A stretch of 22,631 nt of DNA, from contig JAZDIZ010000064.1 of assembly GCA_043804515.1 (NCBI GenBank), forward strand, positions 1 through 22,631, in the 5' to 3' direction. Shown here piece after piece: positions 8,020 to 16,942 of the stretch. The position numbers and the translations under genes were made by a program. The stretch comes from Pseudomonadota bacterium. GTDB taxonomy: Bacteria > Bdellovibrionota_G > JALEGL01 > DATDPG01. The notes under the pieces are model-generated. The model worked only from the letters and a program-made list of their open reading frames with translations. It did no database searches and was not told where the DNA came from. Each line of letters starts with the position of its first letter. The stretch's first letter is position 1.

Positions 8020-10218
8020 CTAGCGCCCCTCGCGCGCCTTTGTTTTCTTCCCATATGCCCAGAAACCCGCATATACCACGAGCGACAGCCCCGTGGCCGC
8101 CGAGATCGCCATCCCGGCCGTGTACGCGATTTGCGGGTAATAATACAGCGTAACGTCGCACCCGCTCCCGCATGTGTTCCCGCCGTTTTCCCCGCCAATG
8201 AACCACAGGTTGGCAAACCCGTTGGCCATGACGTGCCTCTCCGGCGGAACCGGTTTGCCCAGCGCGATCTCAAGCAGGCCCGGCGGCTTTCCTTGCGACA
8301 CGTATGCCTTCCATTGCGGATCATAGCTCTGCAGGAACACCAAGGCGCATTTCTCGCCCGTTATGCGGATCCGCTTCTCGACCGGGCTCACGTCCGTCAT
8401 ATCCCCTATTTTGCATTCTTTCGGTTGGAATGGGGCGGTTTCCTGCAGGCTTACGAACGCCGTCGCTTCGTCGCTCTCGCCGCCCATCTTCGTGAACAGC
8501 TCCCAGTTGCTCTGGTACCCCTCGATGCCGTCCGCCGCGTATATCCACCTCGGCTTGCCGAGCCTGTACAAGTCAAGCATCCCCCCGAACGATGCCTCCC
8601 TTCGCAGGCCCAGGCTTTCGATATGTCTTTTCACGAGCTTCGGATTCTCCATGCCATAAAACTCCCAGTCGCTGTCCTGGCGCAGCAATATGTAGTCGAT
8701 GCCGATGAATCTCGACGCTTTCGCAATGTCGTATCGGGGGTAGTTGTCGAAAAGATAGTCGTTGAATTCGCTTGTCCGGAAGTTTTTGCTCGGGACGTTG
8801 AAATAGTACGGGGCATCCGAAACCGCGCTCGCCAGTTCGGACGGGAATATGTTTCGCTTCCCGTCCCACTTGAACACCGGGAAATACTGGTTCGGGAGGA
8901 TGAGAACCCGGTCATCCGTGCTGAAATTTTTGCCATAATCGGCAAAATCGGTCCAGTAGGAAGGCAGGCTCCCGTGCGAGATGGAGGGGTTGAAAACGTT
9001 TCCGCCGATGAGCGGCCACGAGATTATCCCCGTCAGGGCCAGGAACAGCGCCATTCTCGCGTAATTCGTGCGCCAGCTTCTGCTATGCAGCCAGCAGGCC
9101 AGCAGGATCGCCATCGCGAACTGGAAGAGCGCGAGGAACTTGACGGTATTGCGAAAGATCCTAAACAAGGTGAAGTTGTCGAAGAAGAATTTGAATATCC
9201 CGGACGTTATGAGGCTTTCGTTGAACCCGACCGTCAGCATGGAGGAAATGCATAGAATCAGCCCCGCGAACAAGGCGATATTCCTGTCCTTCTCGCGCGC
9301 CAGTGCGAACAGTCCGATGGCCAGCATCGCGAACGTCGCGACGATCACCTCGGGGCTATTGTAATACTGTGCAAAATGCGTGTATTGCTGATCCTTGAAA
9401 CCGCCAAAGAATCCCCAATCCGGTATCCCCCGGAGTATCGCCAGAATGGTTGTCCGGTCATTGTAGAACATCTCGGAACCAAGGACCTTTTCTACGGTTT
9501 GGGAATCGATGAAAAGAAAATACTGGGGCAATATCCAGAACGCGGCCAGCAGCACCTGCACGGCGGAACCTACGGCAAACGCCTTGAGCGTTTCGGCGAA
9601 GTCCGCTCCCTCCTTCCATGCCACGAAAACCAGGGTGACCAGCGTCATGGCCTGGTATATCAGGGTGGTCGTGATGTTGCTGCCCGACAGGAGCGCGCCC
9701 AGGATGCCGATGCCCAAAAGCATTAGCGGATTCTTCTTTTGAACAAACTCCAGGTACATCCACACGAACAGCGGGAAAAGGCAGTACCAGAGGATGGATA
9801 TGAGCGAGCCCCCGATGTTGGTCACCACATAAATGCTCAGCCCGTATCCCATCGCGGGGATTGCGAATTCGGAGTGGCCGGTTTTCCCGAAAATCCTGTT
9901 CAGGAGGGCGTACATCCCTCCCATCGCGGCAAAGAGGAGGAGCGTGGCCGACAGGAAGAAGCTCAACGGCGGATTCTGGGGTATGGAATACAGCCAGGAG
10001 ATGGGGAGGAACCAGAGGCTGTTGATCTGCTGGGTGCCCGCCAGTATTTTTCCGGTCCAGGCATAGCCGAGCCTCTGCACCACCCATTCGGGATGGTAGG
10101 CCATCTCGGTCATCGTTTGCGTCACATTCAAGTTGAGGTATGGCAAGAAGGGAACCATGGACGCCAGGAGGAATAGCGCGCAGACCGCGATTTCCTTCAA
10201 AACCGTTATTTCCTTCAT
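8020..10218 (-). CDS. Large polytopic membrane protein, probable GT-C glycosyltransferase (DUF3367/AftD-like) with a C-terminal extracytoplasmic domain and terminal TM
   Basis: Many TM segments; motifs AFWILP, RIFRNTVKF, PSYW..F, RVLILP, IDYILLRQD, LVFLQSYDPQWKA and NGFANLW. ATG at 10218 (the track starts at TTG 10224). Confidence 0.7.
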   Translation of the reverse strand: MKEITVLKEIAVCALFLLASMVPFLPYLNLNVTQTMTEMAYHPEWVVQRLGYAWTGKILAGTQQINSLWFLPISWLYSIPQNPPLSFFLSATLLLFAAMGGMYALLNRIFGKTGHSEFAIPAMGYGLSIYVVTNIGGSLISILWYCLFPLFVWMYLEFVQKKNPLMLLGIGILGALLSGSNITTTLIYQAMTLVTLVFVAWKEGADFAETLKAFAVGSAVQVLLAAFWILPQYFLFIDSQTVEKVLGSEMFYNDRTTILAILRGIPDWGFFGGFKDQQYTHFAQYYNSPEVIVATFAMLAIGLFALAREKDRNIALFAGLILCISSMLTVGFNESLITSGIFKFFFDNFTLFRIFRNTVKFLALFQFAMAILLACWLHSRSWRTNYARMALFLALTGIISWPLIGGNVFNPSISHGSLPSYWTDFADYGKNFSTDDRVLILPNQYFPVFKWDGKRNIFPSELASAVSDAPYYFNVPSKNFRTSEFNDYLFDNYPRYDIAKASRFIGIDYILLRQDSDWEFYGMENPKLVKRHIESLGLRREASFGGMLDLYRLGKPRWIYAADGIEGYQSNWELFTKMGGESDEATAFVSLQETAPFQPKECKIGDMTDVSPVEKRIRITGEKCALVFLQSYDPQWKAYVSQGKPPGLLEIALGKPVPPERHVMANGFANLWFIGGENGGNTCGSGCDVTLYYYPQIAYTAGMAISAATGLSLVVYAGFWAYGKKTKAREGR

Positions 10219-10264
10219 TTTCAAAACCCGTTTTCCTGTTATTTTCTGCCTTACGGCTGCGAGC

Positions 10265-10271
10265 TATTTAA
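10265..10271 (-). promoter_or_regulatory. TATA-like box upstream of the 8020-10218 gene
   Basis: TTAAATA on the minus strand ~47 nt upstream of the ATG. Confidence 0.35.
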
Positions 10272-10324
10272 TGCTTGACTCATTGGAGGGTCTTCGGGCC
10301 CGGACTCCTGTTTCCTGACCGCGC

Positions 10325-10545
10325 CGGCCTTGCGCAAACGCGCAAGCCGAAAGCGCCAAAAGAACCCGAGACAAAACGGGTGCCTCGAGGCACCCGGGTT
10401 CCTTATTTCGTATTTGTTTAGCCCGAAAACAACGACGAAGAGGATAAGGAAAAATGGGGGGGGGGGCCGGGCCCCCCGCGCGGGTTCCTTCGACGAGGCG
10501 TCTTTGTCGTTTTTGGCGGTTGGATTTCTATTTATCGCCGTTCGG
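10325..10545. repeat. Degenerate member(s) of the intergenic palindromic element family
   Basis: Perfect 20-bp palindrome CGGGTGCCTCGAGGCACCCG (10377-10396); end motif TCGTATTTGTTTAGCCC (10408-10424) resembling 2871-2887; A-rich then GC-palindromic block with a G11 run. Boundaries approximate. Confidence 0.45.
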
Positions 10546-10571
10546 GAGTAGCTAAACAAGCACTTATTTCC

Positions 10572-13500
10572 CTATTTCCAGGCTTCTTTTGAGAAGTCCC
10601 GTATCTCTCCCGCCGGCTGGCCGTCTGCCATGCGGATCGGAACCAGGCTGGCTTTTTTCGGATAGGCCTTCACTTCCAGCGCCAAACCCTCCCCTTTGCC
10701 ATCGAGCGAAGAAACGACAGAATCTATTCCTGCGTAATTGTCGTAGAACAGCCCGCCTCCGGCCCCGAGCCCGTCGCTGATCACATACGCCCGCTTCCTA
10801 TTCATGTTCACTGTCTTGAGGAAAGGCATCATCTGCGCATCGAAGGCCATTCCATCGTTCCCCTCCATGCCGGCCACCGCGTCCGCCAGCCTGGACAGGT
10901 TCGCATACGCCACGATGCCTTGGACGAACACCGGCCGGTTCATGAAAATGAAGAGATGCGTGCGGTTGCCCTTGTTGAATTCGCCGATCTGGCGGGAAAG
11001 AAACGCTTTTTGTTCCGTGTCATTCGCCGCGTCCGCATCGCCATTTTCCAGGAAGACATACAGGGAATACCTCCCGTCCAGCGCGAAGAACTTTCCGCCG
11101 TTCCCGTTGCCGGCCGCAGGCTTTTCCTTTTCCGTCGTTTCCTGCCCTTCCGGCGCGCTTGCCCCGGCATCCGTGATTTTACACGCCCTGTTTCCATCCA
11201 GAACGACGAATTCGGATCCCCGCGCGCGGGCCGCGCTCCAAATCCTGCCCGCCAGGCCTTGCGCGCCGGCGCTTATCTGCCCGCAATCCTCGATGCCGGT
11301 GCCGCCTATGAACAGGAACGATTCAGGGTTGCTCTCGTCGTCGCACGACAACCTTCTGAGGTTTTCGGCGGAGTTCGTGGCCGTGTCCATCCATTCGATG
11401 CGTTTTTTTATCCACTCCCTCATGTACGCGTTCTCCCCGTAGAAATCCCGGTCCGGGGCTTCCGTCTTGCTTAGGGGGAAGTGGAGGAAATTCCTTTGCT
11501 GTGCGTCGCCAAGCAACCGCGCGTTCTCATCGATCATCCCATTGATGTTCGCGTCCGAAATGGTCCCGGCCTCCCGGAGGGCCTGCCATCTTTTCGCGAA
11601 TTCCTCCGCAAGCCCCGGCTTTTTCATCATGCGGCAGAGAAGATTGTTTCGCTGCCACTCGTCGATCCCGGTCTTCGTCATATTCCAGTCCCTCCCCAGG
11701 GTGCCGTCGAAATCGTAGGGCACACTGAACCATTTCCCGCCCGCTCCCCCGCCGTTCGCAAGGTACTTGTTCACCTCGACCGCATCCGTGTTGTCCACGA
11801 AATTGAGGATTATCCAGTGGTCAATGTAGCTTCCCACGTCCAGTTCCTTCTCAATGCGGGCGTTGAACTCGAAATCCTGGGACGTGGCGACGAATCGGAT
11901 GAACTCGTCCAGCCTTCCCCATTCCGGCCCGCGCTTCGCTTCGGGCGGGTATGCTTGCGAATAACCGCTGTGCCATCCCATGATCGGGTCGGCCTCTTTC
12001 CTGCGCGGCTGGTACCCTTCCGGAAAGGCGCTATACTGGTCTCCATAGCATTCGATGCACTGGTTCTCGTCCAGGTAGTTCGCGTTGTTGTTCTCCGCCT
12101 TGTAGAGCAGGGGCATTGTTTCGTTCTTCCCTTTGTACGTGTCAAAGCCGAAGAATTCGGCATCGGTTTTCTCCGTGACGAGATACACTCCGTTGTATCC
12201 CCCGTCAAGGAAGACTTCCGCGAAACGGCCCTGGGCCGCGCGTTTCGGCTTTGCACTGTCCTCGGTCCTGAACTGCCCCAGAAGGTCGGATACGATTTTG
12301 TTGCGCATCAGACTTGCGTCTATGAACGAGCTTTCCAGCACCCACGCCCGCCGGCTTTCCATTCCCATGACCGGTTCGGGATACTTCAGTTCAAGCGAAT
12401 ACTTGCGTTTTTCCCCCCTGTAAAACCCGCGCGCATTAATCGTGGCTTCAAGGGCCTTTCCTTCATAGTCTGCCCCCTGCGAAGACAATATCATGGCCTT
12501 TGCCGGTATCCCGCCCTCTTCCGGTATCTGCACCTCGCGTCCATACTCGTCCCGGGTGTCTATCTCGAGTATCGGGACTTGCCCCGTGGTGACGTACAGC
12601 TTATACCTGCTTTCCTTGCAGATGCCCTCTTGCGGGCATGTCTGCGCGCTAAGCGTGCCTTCATACACGTATCTTCCAAAATCATATCTCATTCCATTCG
12701 CCATCCTCGCGCCCGGCGATGCCGTATCTGCCAGGAATCCGGCTCCGGGCGCCAAAGCTTTCCCAGGGTCCGGTTCAAGGTGAGCCTCGGTATCCTCGTT
12801 CTTGAACTTGAATTCGATTTCCTGCACGGTGCCCGAGCCATCCGGCAGGTTTGCGAATATCACCTTGTTCTCCTCGTCGATTCTCGCATCTTTTCCACCG
12901 ATTCGCAATCGGAGAAGGGGGTTGTCCATCACGCCCGCCCGCCCGACCAGTCTGTCGAAAGCCTCGTCCAAGCCGCCGGCATCCGCCCTCCCGGAGAATC
13001 CGCCCCATTCGCGAGCCGTGCCATTCTCCAGCAGGTAGAGCCCCGAACTGTTGTCCAGCGCATAATTGGCGCGGTTGCCTGAAAGGTTATTCTCCGCGGA
13101 ATAGATCGTGCCTCCTCCGAAAACCTCTTTTTTCAAGTAGGCCGACATCGCGTAATCGTTGTCCTCGAAATCGTTTCCGACGCTGGCCGCTTCGGAGAGG
13201 TCCTTGACCGCCATGCCCGCCCGGTTCCCGTAGATGCGGTTGCCAAGAACGGCAATCCTTGTCTTCTCCCCGATGCTGATCCCCTTGTCCTTGAGGTCGT
13301 GGATCGTGTTGTTCACCACCAGCAGCTGCGAGCCGCTCAGGTCAAGCCCGTCGCCGTTGACGTCCTCATCCGCATTCCCGCCACCGGCCCCGTTTCGCAT
13401 GCCGCCGCTCGAGCTGAACTCGTTTCCCGCGACCGTCCCCCTGCACATGTCCAAATCGATCTGGTCCGCGTAATTCGCGTAAAAGCGGCTGTCCCGGATG

Positions 13501-16196
13501 TCCACCCGGCCCCGTTTCACGTTCAATCCGTCGTCCGCGTAATTGTGGTGGATCCGGCTGCCGTATATCTGCGCGTCCGTGTCATACAGGTCCAAGCCGC
13601 CGGAGTAGAACACGCCCTGCACGAATGCCTCGGAGCCCCCGCTCAGGTCCAGGTTCCGGATGACGCTCTTCCCATTGCCATTTGCGCGCACCGCGAAAAC
13701 CCCGAACTTGCCGTCCGGCGTATCCGCCCTCACGACAACCGGCTCGCGTTCGGTGCCCTCTATCCTTATCGGGCTGTAACTGACCCACGACGCGTTTTCC
13801 ATCATCCTTATTTTGGTGCCCGCCTCGATCCGGAGCATCTCCCCGATGGGTATGATCAGGTTCCCTTCAACCTCGTAATTGCCCTTCGGCACCACGAATG
13901 TTTTTCCCTCCAGGCGCATTCCGAGTTTCCCGTACCGGTCCGGGGCGGGCTCATAGACGACGACGTCTTGGAACAATTGCATGTGCCCGTCGTGCGTGAG
14001 GGAGAATTCCCCGTCGGGCCGGTACGCCGCCGCGCACAGGAAAGTCGCCGTCCCGCCATCTTGCGTCCTGAAATACGCGCGCGCGTTCCCGGAACCGGTG
14101 ATCGTTGTCAATTCCACCCAGTTTTCCCGCGCTTCTCCGGCCTGCGTCGCGCTGATGACGCCTGACTCGTCTGCGCAATATACGCTTCCGGAGCCGTTTA
14201 TCCCGATCGCCAGCCCCCCAATCCGGTAGCCGATGTTCTTCCCGCCGTTGAGTTTCAAGCTGGCGCGGTAAACCGCGTCATCCGCGATGTACCGGTTGTA
14301 TTCGAGGTGTTCCTCGCCTCCCATTCCCATTCCGACCAGAGCCGTTCTTCCGTCGATCGCCTGTGTTTCCCATCCGCCCTCCTCATTGATCCAGCGTTTT
14401 TTCCCTTCTTTTGGATCATAGAATTCCCCCATGTCCGGCCCGGCGCGGATGTTGTCAAAGACAATCGGCGCACCCGTCTCAAACGTGTTTATCACTTCCA
14501 GATAGGTGATGTCCGACCAATCCGGCCGGCCGCCGGCGCTGAACATGGTTTTCGGCACGCGGATGTGGTTCCACCCGGATTTCAGGCTTGACATGTAATA
14601 ATACTTGTTCTCATGGTTCGTGCCAAGGCAGATATACGCCCCCGTGCCGTTCTGTTCCGAATATACCCATGCGGTTATCTGGCCGTATCCCGTGAGGTTT
14701 TCTGGGGGTATGTATGTATATGCGGTTGTCTTGCTTCCGACCCATTTTCCTCTCGCCCCCTGCGCATAAACTTGGAAATCCGTTCCGTATTCTCCCCCAT
14801 AGCTTCCCCAACCCGCCTCGTTTTCCATCGTTTTTATCCGCAGCCAGTCCGTTTCGCCGTCCGGCCCGGACGCGAAATCCTCGAAATAGTCCGGCCCGTC
14901 TTTAGAATCGTCATTTGTCCGGTTCCCGTTCTCCCAGCGCGTCCGCGCCTCGTCCAGCGTTTCGTCAATCGCGGGCATGCCGCCGGACAGCCATTCTCCC
15001 CCGTCCGCGAGCGCAACGTTTTTCACGTCCCCGTTTTCTTTGCTTTTCGGGAGGTTGTAGGCGTTTTTTGCGACGAATATCGGGGGCTCGAGCACCATAT
15101 TGTCCAGATACCCATTGTCGGTGGTGGTGTATGCCTCCACCGTGCCAAGGTTTCCCTCGCCCGCGGGCCCCGTAGAATCCGCGCCGCGGTATTGCGCAAG
15201 CCACTCCGTATTCTGCAGGGTGCCATTCCGCCCGGCCATCGCGTCCACGATTTTTTTCTTGAGCGCGAGGACGAGCGGCTTGCTCTTCATCTCGGAGACG
15301 ATGTATCCCGCCATGCCCGCGCTTTGCACGTGCATGTTCGCGATGCTTGATTCGTCAAGCAACGGGTATATCATCCCGTTGCCCGTGTCGTACATGAACG
15401 CCGTGTCATCCGATGCGATGAGCCCGCCCTCGCCCCCGCTCATCTCCATGAGCGCTTCCATCCTGGCGAGATATTCCAAGTCGAAATATTTCGCGAGGAT
15501 GTTGCCGTCCTTCGCCTGGAGCTGCTTGGCGAAGTTGAGGACGTGCGCCTCGGCGCCCGGCCACGGCGCCTCGTTGAAGAGAAATCTTACCTGCGGACCG
15601 GATTTCGCGTTTTCGAGCTTGAAGATGATTGAGCCCGGCCGGGTTTTCTCAAGAAAGGCCGCGTCATATCTCTGCCGGAGGATGTGTTTTCCCATTCCGA
15701 ACCCGTTTATCTCCAGTCCGACCGGCTCTGTTCGGGGATGATAGACTCCCAAGGCGTCCGCCAGCGCGTAGGCATCATTCATCTCTTTGTAGCTCATCCC
15801 TCTCGGTTGGAGGAGATGCCAGGCGCCGATTCTGTCGATACCCGCGCCGCCCTCCAGGCGTATGTCGAACGCTTCTGGGCTTGACATGCGTTCCGCCCCA
15901 AGCTGCCCGGAATACCTGGATATCTTTACCAAGTAGCTGGCATTGCCGAGTTGCATGACTGCGTTTCTCGAACCGTTCAGCCCGTCCGAAGCGTCCGGCG
16001 CAGCCGGGTTCTTCAGGTTCATGTCCAGGTATTTGAGGTCGCCCTTGGAAAGGTTGAGCTGGAGCGTTTTGGCCATTTCTCCTCCTGCGCCCCCATCCGG
16101 GCCCGGTCGCGCGTTTAAGGCGATCATCACCGCGATCGCAATCAAGGCTAGCGCTGCAATTTCGACAATCGGGCGCCTGGATTCTCTTACGGCCAT
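10572..16196 (-). CDS. Membrane-anchored extracellular multidomain CotH-family kinase with right-handed parallel beta-helix
   Basis: N-terminal TM (IVEIAALALIAIAVMIAL); degenerate CotH-like region; beta-rich central region; beta-helix repeats (DDGLNVK, DQIDLD, GDGLDLSGS, DKGISIGE); intact CotH motifs KRKYSLEL, DASLMRN, YNGVYLVTEK, DNTD..NKY and PYDFDGTLG. Confidence 0.8.
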   Translation of the reverse strand: MAVRESRRPIVEIAALALIAIAVMIALNARPGPDGGAGGEMAKTLQLNLSKGDLKYLDMNLKNPAAPDASDGLNGSRNAVMQLGNASYLVKISRYSGQLGAERMSSPEAFDIRLEGGAGIDRIGAWHLLQPRGMSYKEMNDAYALADALGVYHPRTEPVGLEINGFGMGKHILRQRYDAAFLEKTRPGSIIFKLENAKSGPQVRFLFNEAPWPGAEAHVLNFAKQLQAKDGNILAKYFDLEYLARMEALMEMSGGEGGLIASDDTAFMYDTGNGMIYPLLDESSIANMHVQSAGMAGYIVSEMKSKPLVLALKKKIVDAMAGRNGTLQNTEWLAQYRGADSTGPAGEGNLGTVEAYTTTDNGYLDNMVLEPPIFVAKNAYNLPKSKENGDVKNVALADGGEWLSGGMPAIDETLDEARTRWENGNRTNDDSKDGPDYFEDFASGPDGETDWLRIKTMENEAGWGSYGGEYGTDFQVYAQGARGKWVGSKTTAYTYIPPENLTGYGQITAWVYSEQNGTGAYICLGTNHENKYYYMSSLKSGWNHIRVPKTMFSAGGRPDWSDITYLEVINTFETGAPIVFDNIRAGPDMGEFYDPKEGKKRWINEEGGWETQAIDGRTALVGMGMGGEEHLEYNRYIADDAVYRASLKLNGGKNIGYRIGGLAIGINGSGSVYCADESGVISATQAGEARENWVELTTITGSGNARAYFRTQDGGTATFLCAAAYRPDGEFSLTHDGHMQLFQDVVVYEPAPDRYGKLGMRLEGKTFVVPKGNYEVEGNLIIPIGEMLRIEAGTKIRMMENASWVSYSPIRIEGTEREPVVVRADTPDGKFGVFAVRANGNGKSVIRNLDLSGGSEAFVQGVFYSGGLDLYDTDAQIYGSRIHHNYADDGLNVKRGRVDIRDSRFYANYADQIDLDMCRGTVAGNEFSSSGGMRNGAGGGNADEDVNGDGLDLSGSQLLVVNNTIHDLKDKGISIGEKTRIAVLGNRIYGNRAGMAVKDLSEAASVGNDFEDNDYAMSAYLKKEVFGGGTIYSAENNLSGNRANYALDNSSGLYLLENGTAREWGGFSGRADAGGLDEAFDRLVGRAGVMDNPLLRLRIGGKDARIDEENKVIFANLPDGSGTVQEIEFKFKNEDTEAHLEPDPGKALAPGAGFLADTASPGARMANGMRYDFGRYVYEGTLSAQTCPQEGICKESRYKLYVTTGQVPILEIDTRDEYGREVQIPEEGGIPAKAMILSSQGADYEGKALEATINARGFYRGEKRKYSLELKYPEPVMGMESRRAWVLESSFIDASLMRNKIVSDLLGQFRTEDSAKPKRAAQGRFAEVFLDGGYNGVYLVTEKTDAEFFGFDTYKGKNETMPLLYKAENNNANYLDENQCIECYGDQYSAFPEGYQPRRKEADPIMGWHSGYSQAYPPEAKRGPEWGRLDEFIRFVATSQDFEFNARIEKELDVGSYIDHWIILNFVDNTDAVEVNKYLANGGGAGGKWFSVPYDFDGTLGRDWNMTKTGIDEWQRNNLLCRMMKKPGLAEEFAKRWQALREAGTISDANINGMIDENARLLGDAQQRNFLHFPLSKTEAPDRDFYGENAYMREWIKKRIEWMDTATNSAENLRRLSCDDESNPESFLFIGGTGIEDCGQISAGAQGLAGRIWSAARARGSEFVVLDGNRACKITDAGASAPEGQETTEKEKPAAGNGNGGKFFALDGRYSLYVFLENGDADAANDTEQKAFLSRQIGEFNKGNRTHLFIFMNRPVFVQGIVAYANLSRLADAVAGMEGNDGMAFDAQMMPFLKTVNMNRKRAYVISDGLGAGGGLFYDNYAGIDSVVSSLDGKGEGLALEVKAYPKKASLVPIRMADGQPAGEIRDFSKEAWK

Positions 16197-16255
16197 TCAA
16201 ATCTTCACATCTCTCGTCCGCGTTGTTTATAACTTTTATCTTGGAAACGGTGAAA
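16197..16255. promoter_or_regulatory. 59-bp divergent promoter region shared by the CotH gene and the VTC-DUF4956 operon
   Basis: GTTTATAACTTTTATC at ~16224-16240 gives TATA-like reads on both strands; GGTGA at 16249-16253 precedes ATG 16256. Confidence 0.55.
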
Positions 16256-16942
16256 ATGCGGTTTGCAAGGCACGAGCAAAAATACCTGATCTCCTTTTCG
16301 GACTACAAATTCCTTTCCCATGCCCTCGGCCAGGTGCTCGCGAGGGACTCCCATGCCAACGCGGACGGCGGATACGTGGTGCGGAGCATTTATTTCGACA
16401 CGCTCGGCCATCGCGCCTTTTACGAGAAGCTCGACGGCGTGCCGCTGCGCAAGAAAATCCGGCTGCGGACCTATTCGGTCCACGACCGGACGGTCAAGCT
16501 TGAGATAAAGCACAAGGCCACGGACCGGGTATTCAAGGAATCCACGTCCATCTCCCCGGAGGACGCGGCCGCGCTGATCGAGGGGCGCCGCGAATGCCTG
16601 CTCAAATACGATGATCCGGTCTCGGGCCGCGTTTACGCCGAATTTTCAACGGAGCACTACCGGCCGGTGGTGATGATGGACTACTGGCGCGAGGCGTTCA
16701 CGTACGGGGTCAACGGCGTGCGCATCACGTTCGATCGCTTTCTCTCGAAACATTCGGGCCGTTTCGACATTTTTTCCACCCGGGCAAGAAAGAGCCGCAT
16801 CCAGGACGGCCGGACCGTGATCATGGAGGTAAAATACGACCGCTGCCTACCGGAATGGATAAAAACAATCGTTCAGAATACGGGACACAATCGCATGGCT
16901 ATAAGCAAATTCTGCATGGGGAGGATAGGTGAACCGCAATGA
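16256..16942 (+). CDS. VTC domain (polyphosphate polymerase, CYTH/TTM fold) protein
   Basis: Motifs RHEQKY, VRSIYFDT, EK.DG..RKKIRLRTY, LEIKHK, YWREAF, RITFD, MEVKY and SKFC, typical of stand-alone prokaryotic VTC proteins. Confidence 0.88.
   Translation: MRFARHEQKYLISFSDYKFLSHALGQVLARDSHANADGGYVVRSIYFDTLGHRAFYEKLDGVPLRKKIRLRTYSVHDRTVKLEIKHKATDRVFKESTSISPEDAAALIEGRRECLLKYDDPVSGRVYAEFSTEHYRPVVMMDYWREAFTYGVNGVRITFDRFLSKHSGRFDIFSTRARKSRIQDGRTVIMEVKYDRCLPEWIKTIVQNTGHNRMAISKFCMGRIGEPQ

Noticed and set aside
7213..9255. 680-aa + strand ORF crossing the structured region
   Set aside because: It overlaps the GT4 end, is antisense to the well-supported 8020-10218 gene, and is Arg/Pro-rich with no motifs. 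GC-rich palindromes simply lack stops.
11481..14165. Long + strand ORFs (533 aa, 288 aa and others) within the CotH gene
   Set aside because: Typical antisense frames of a high-GC gene.
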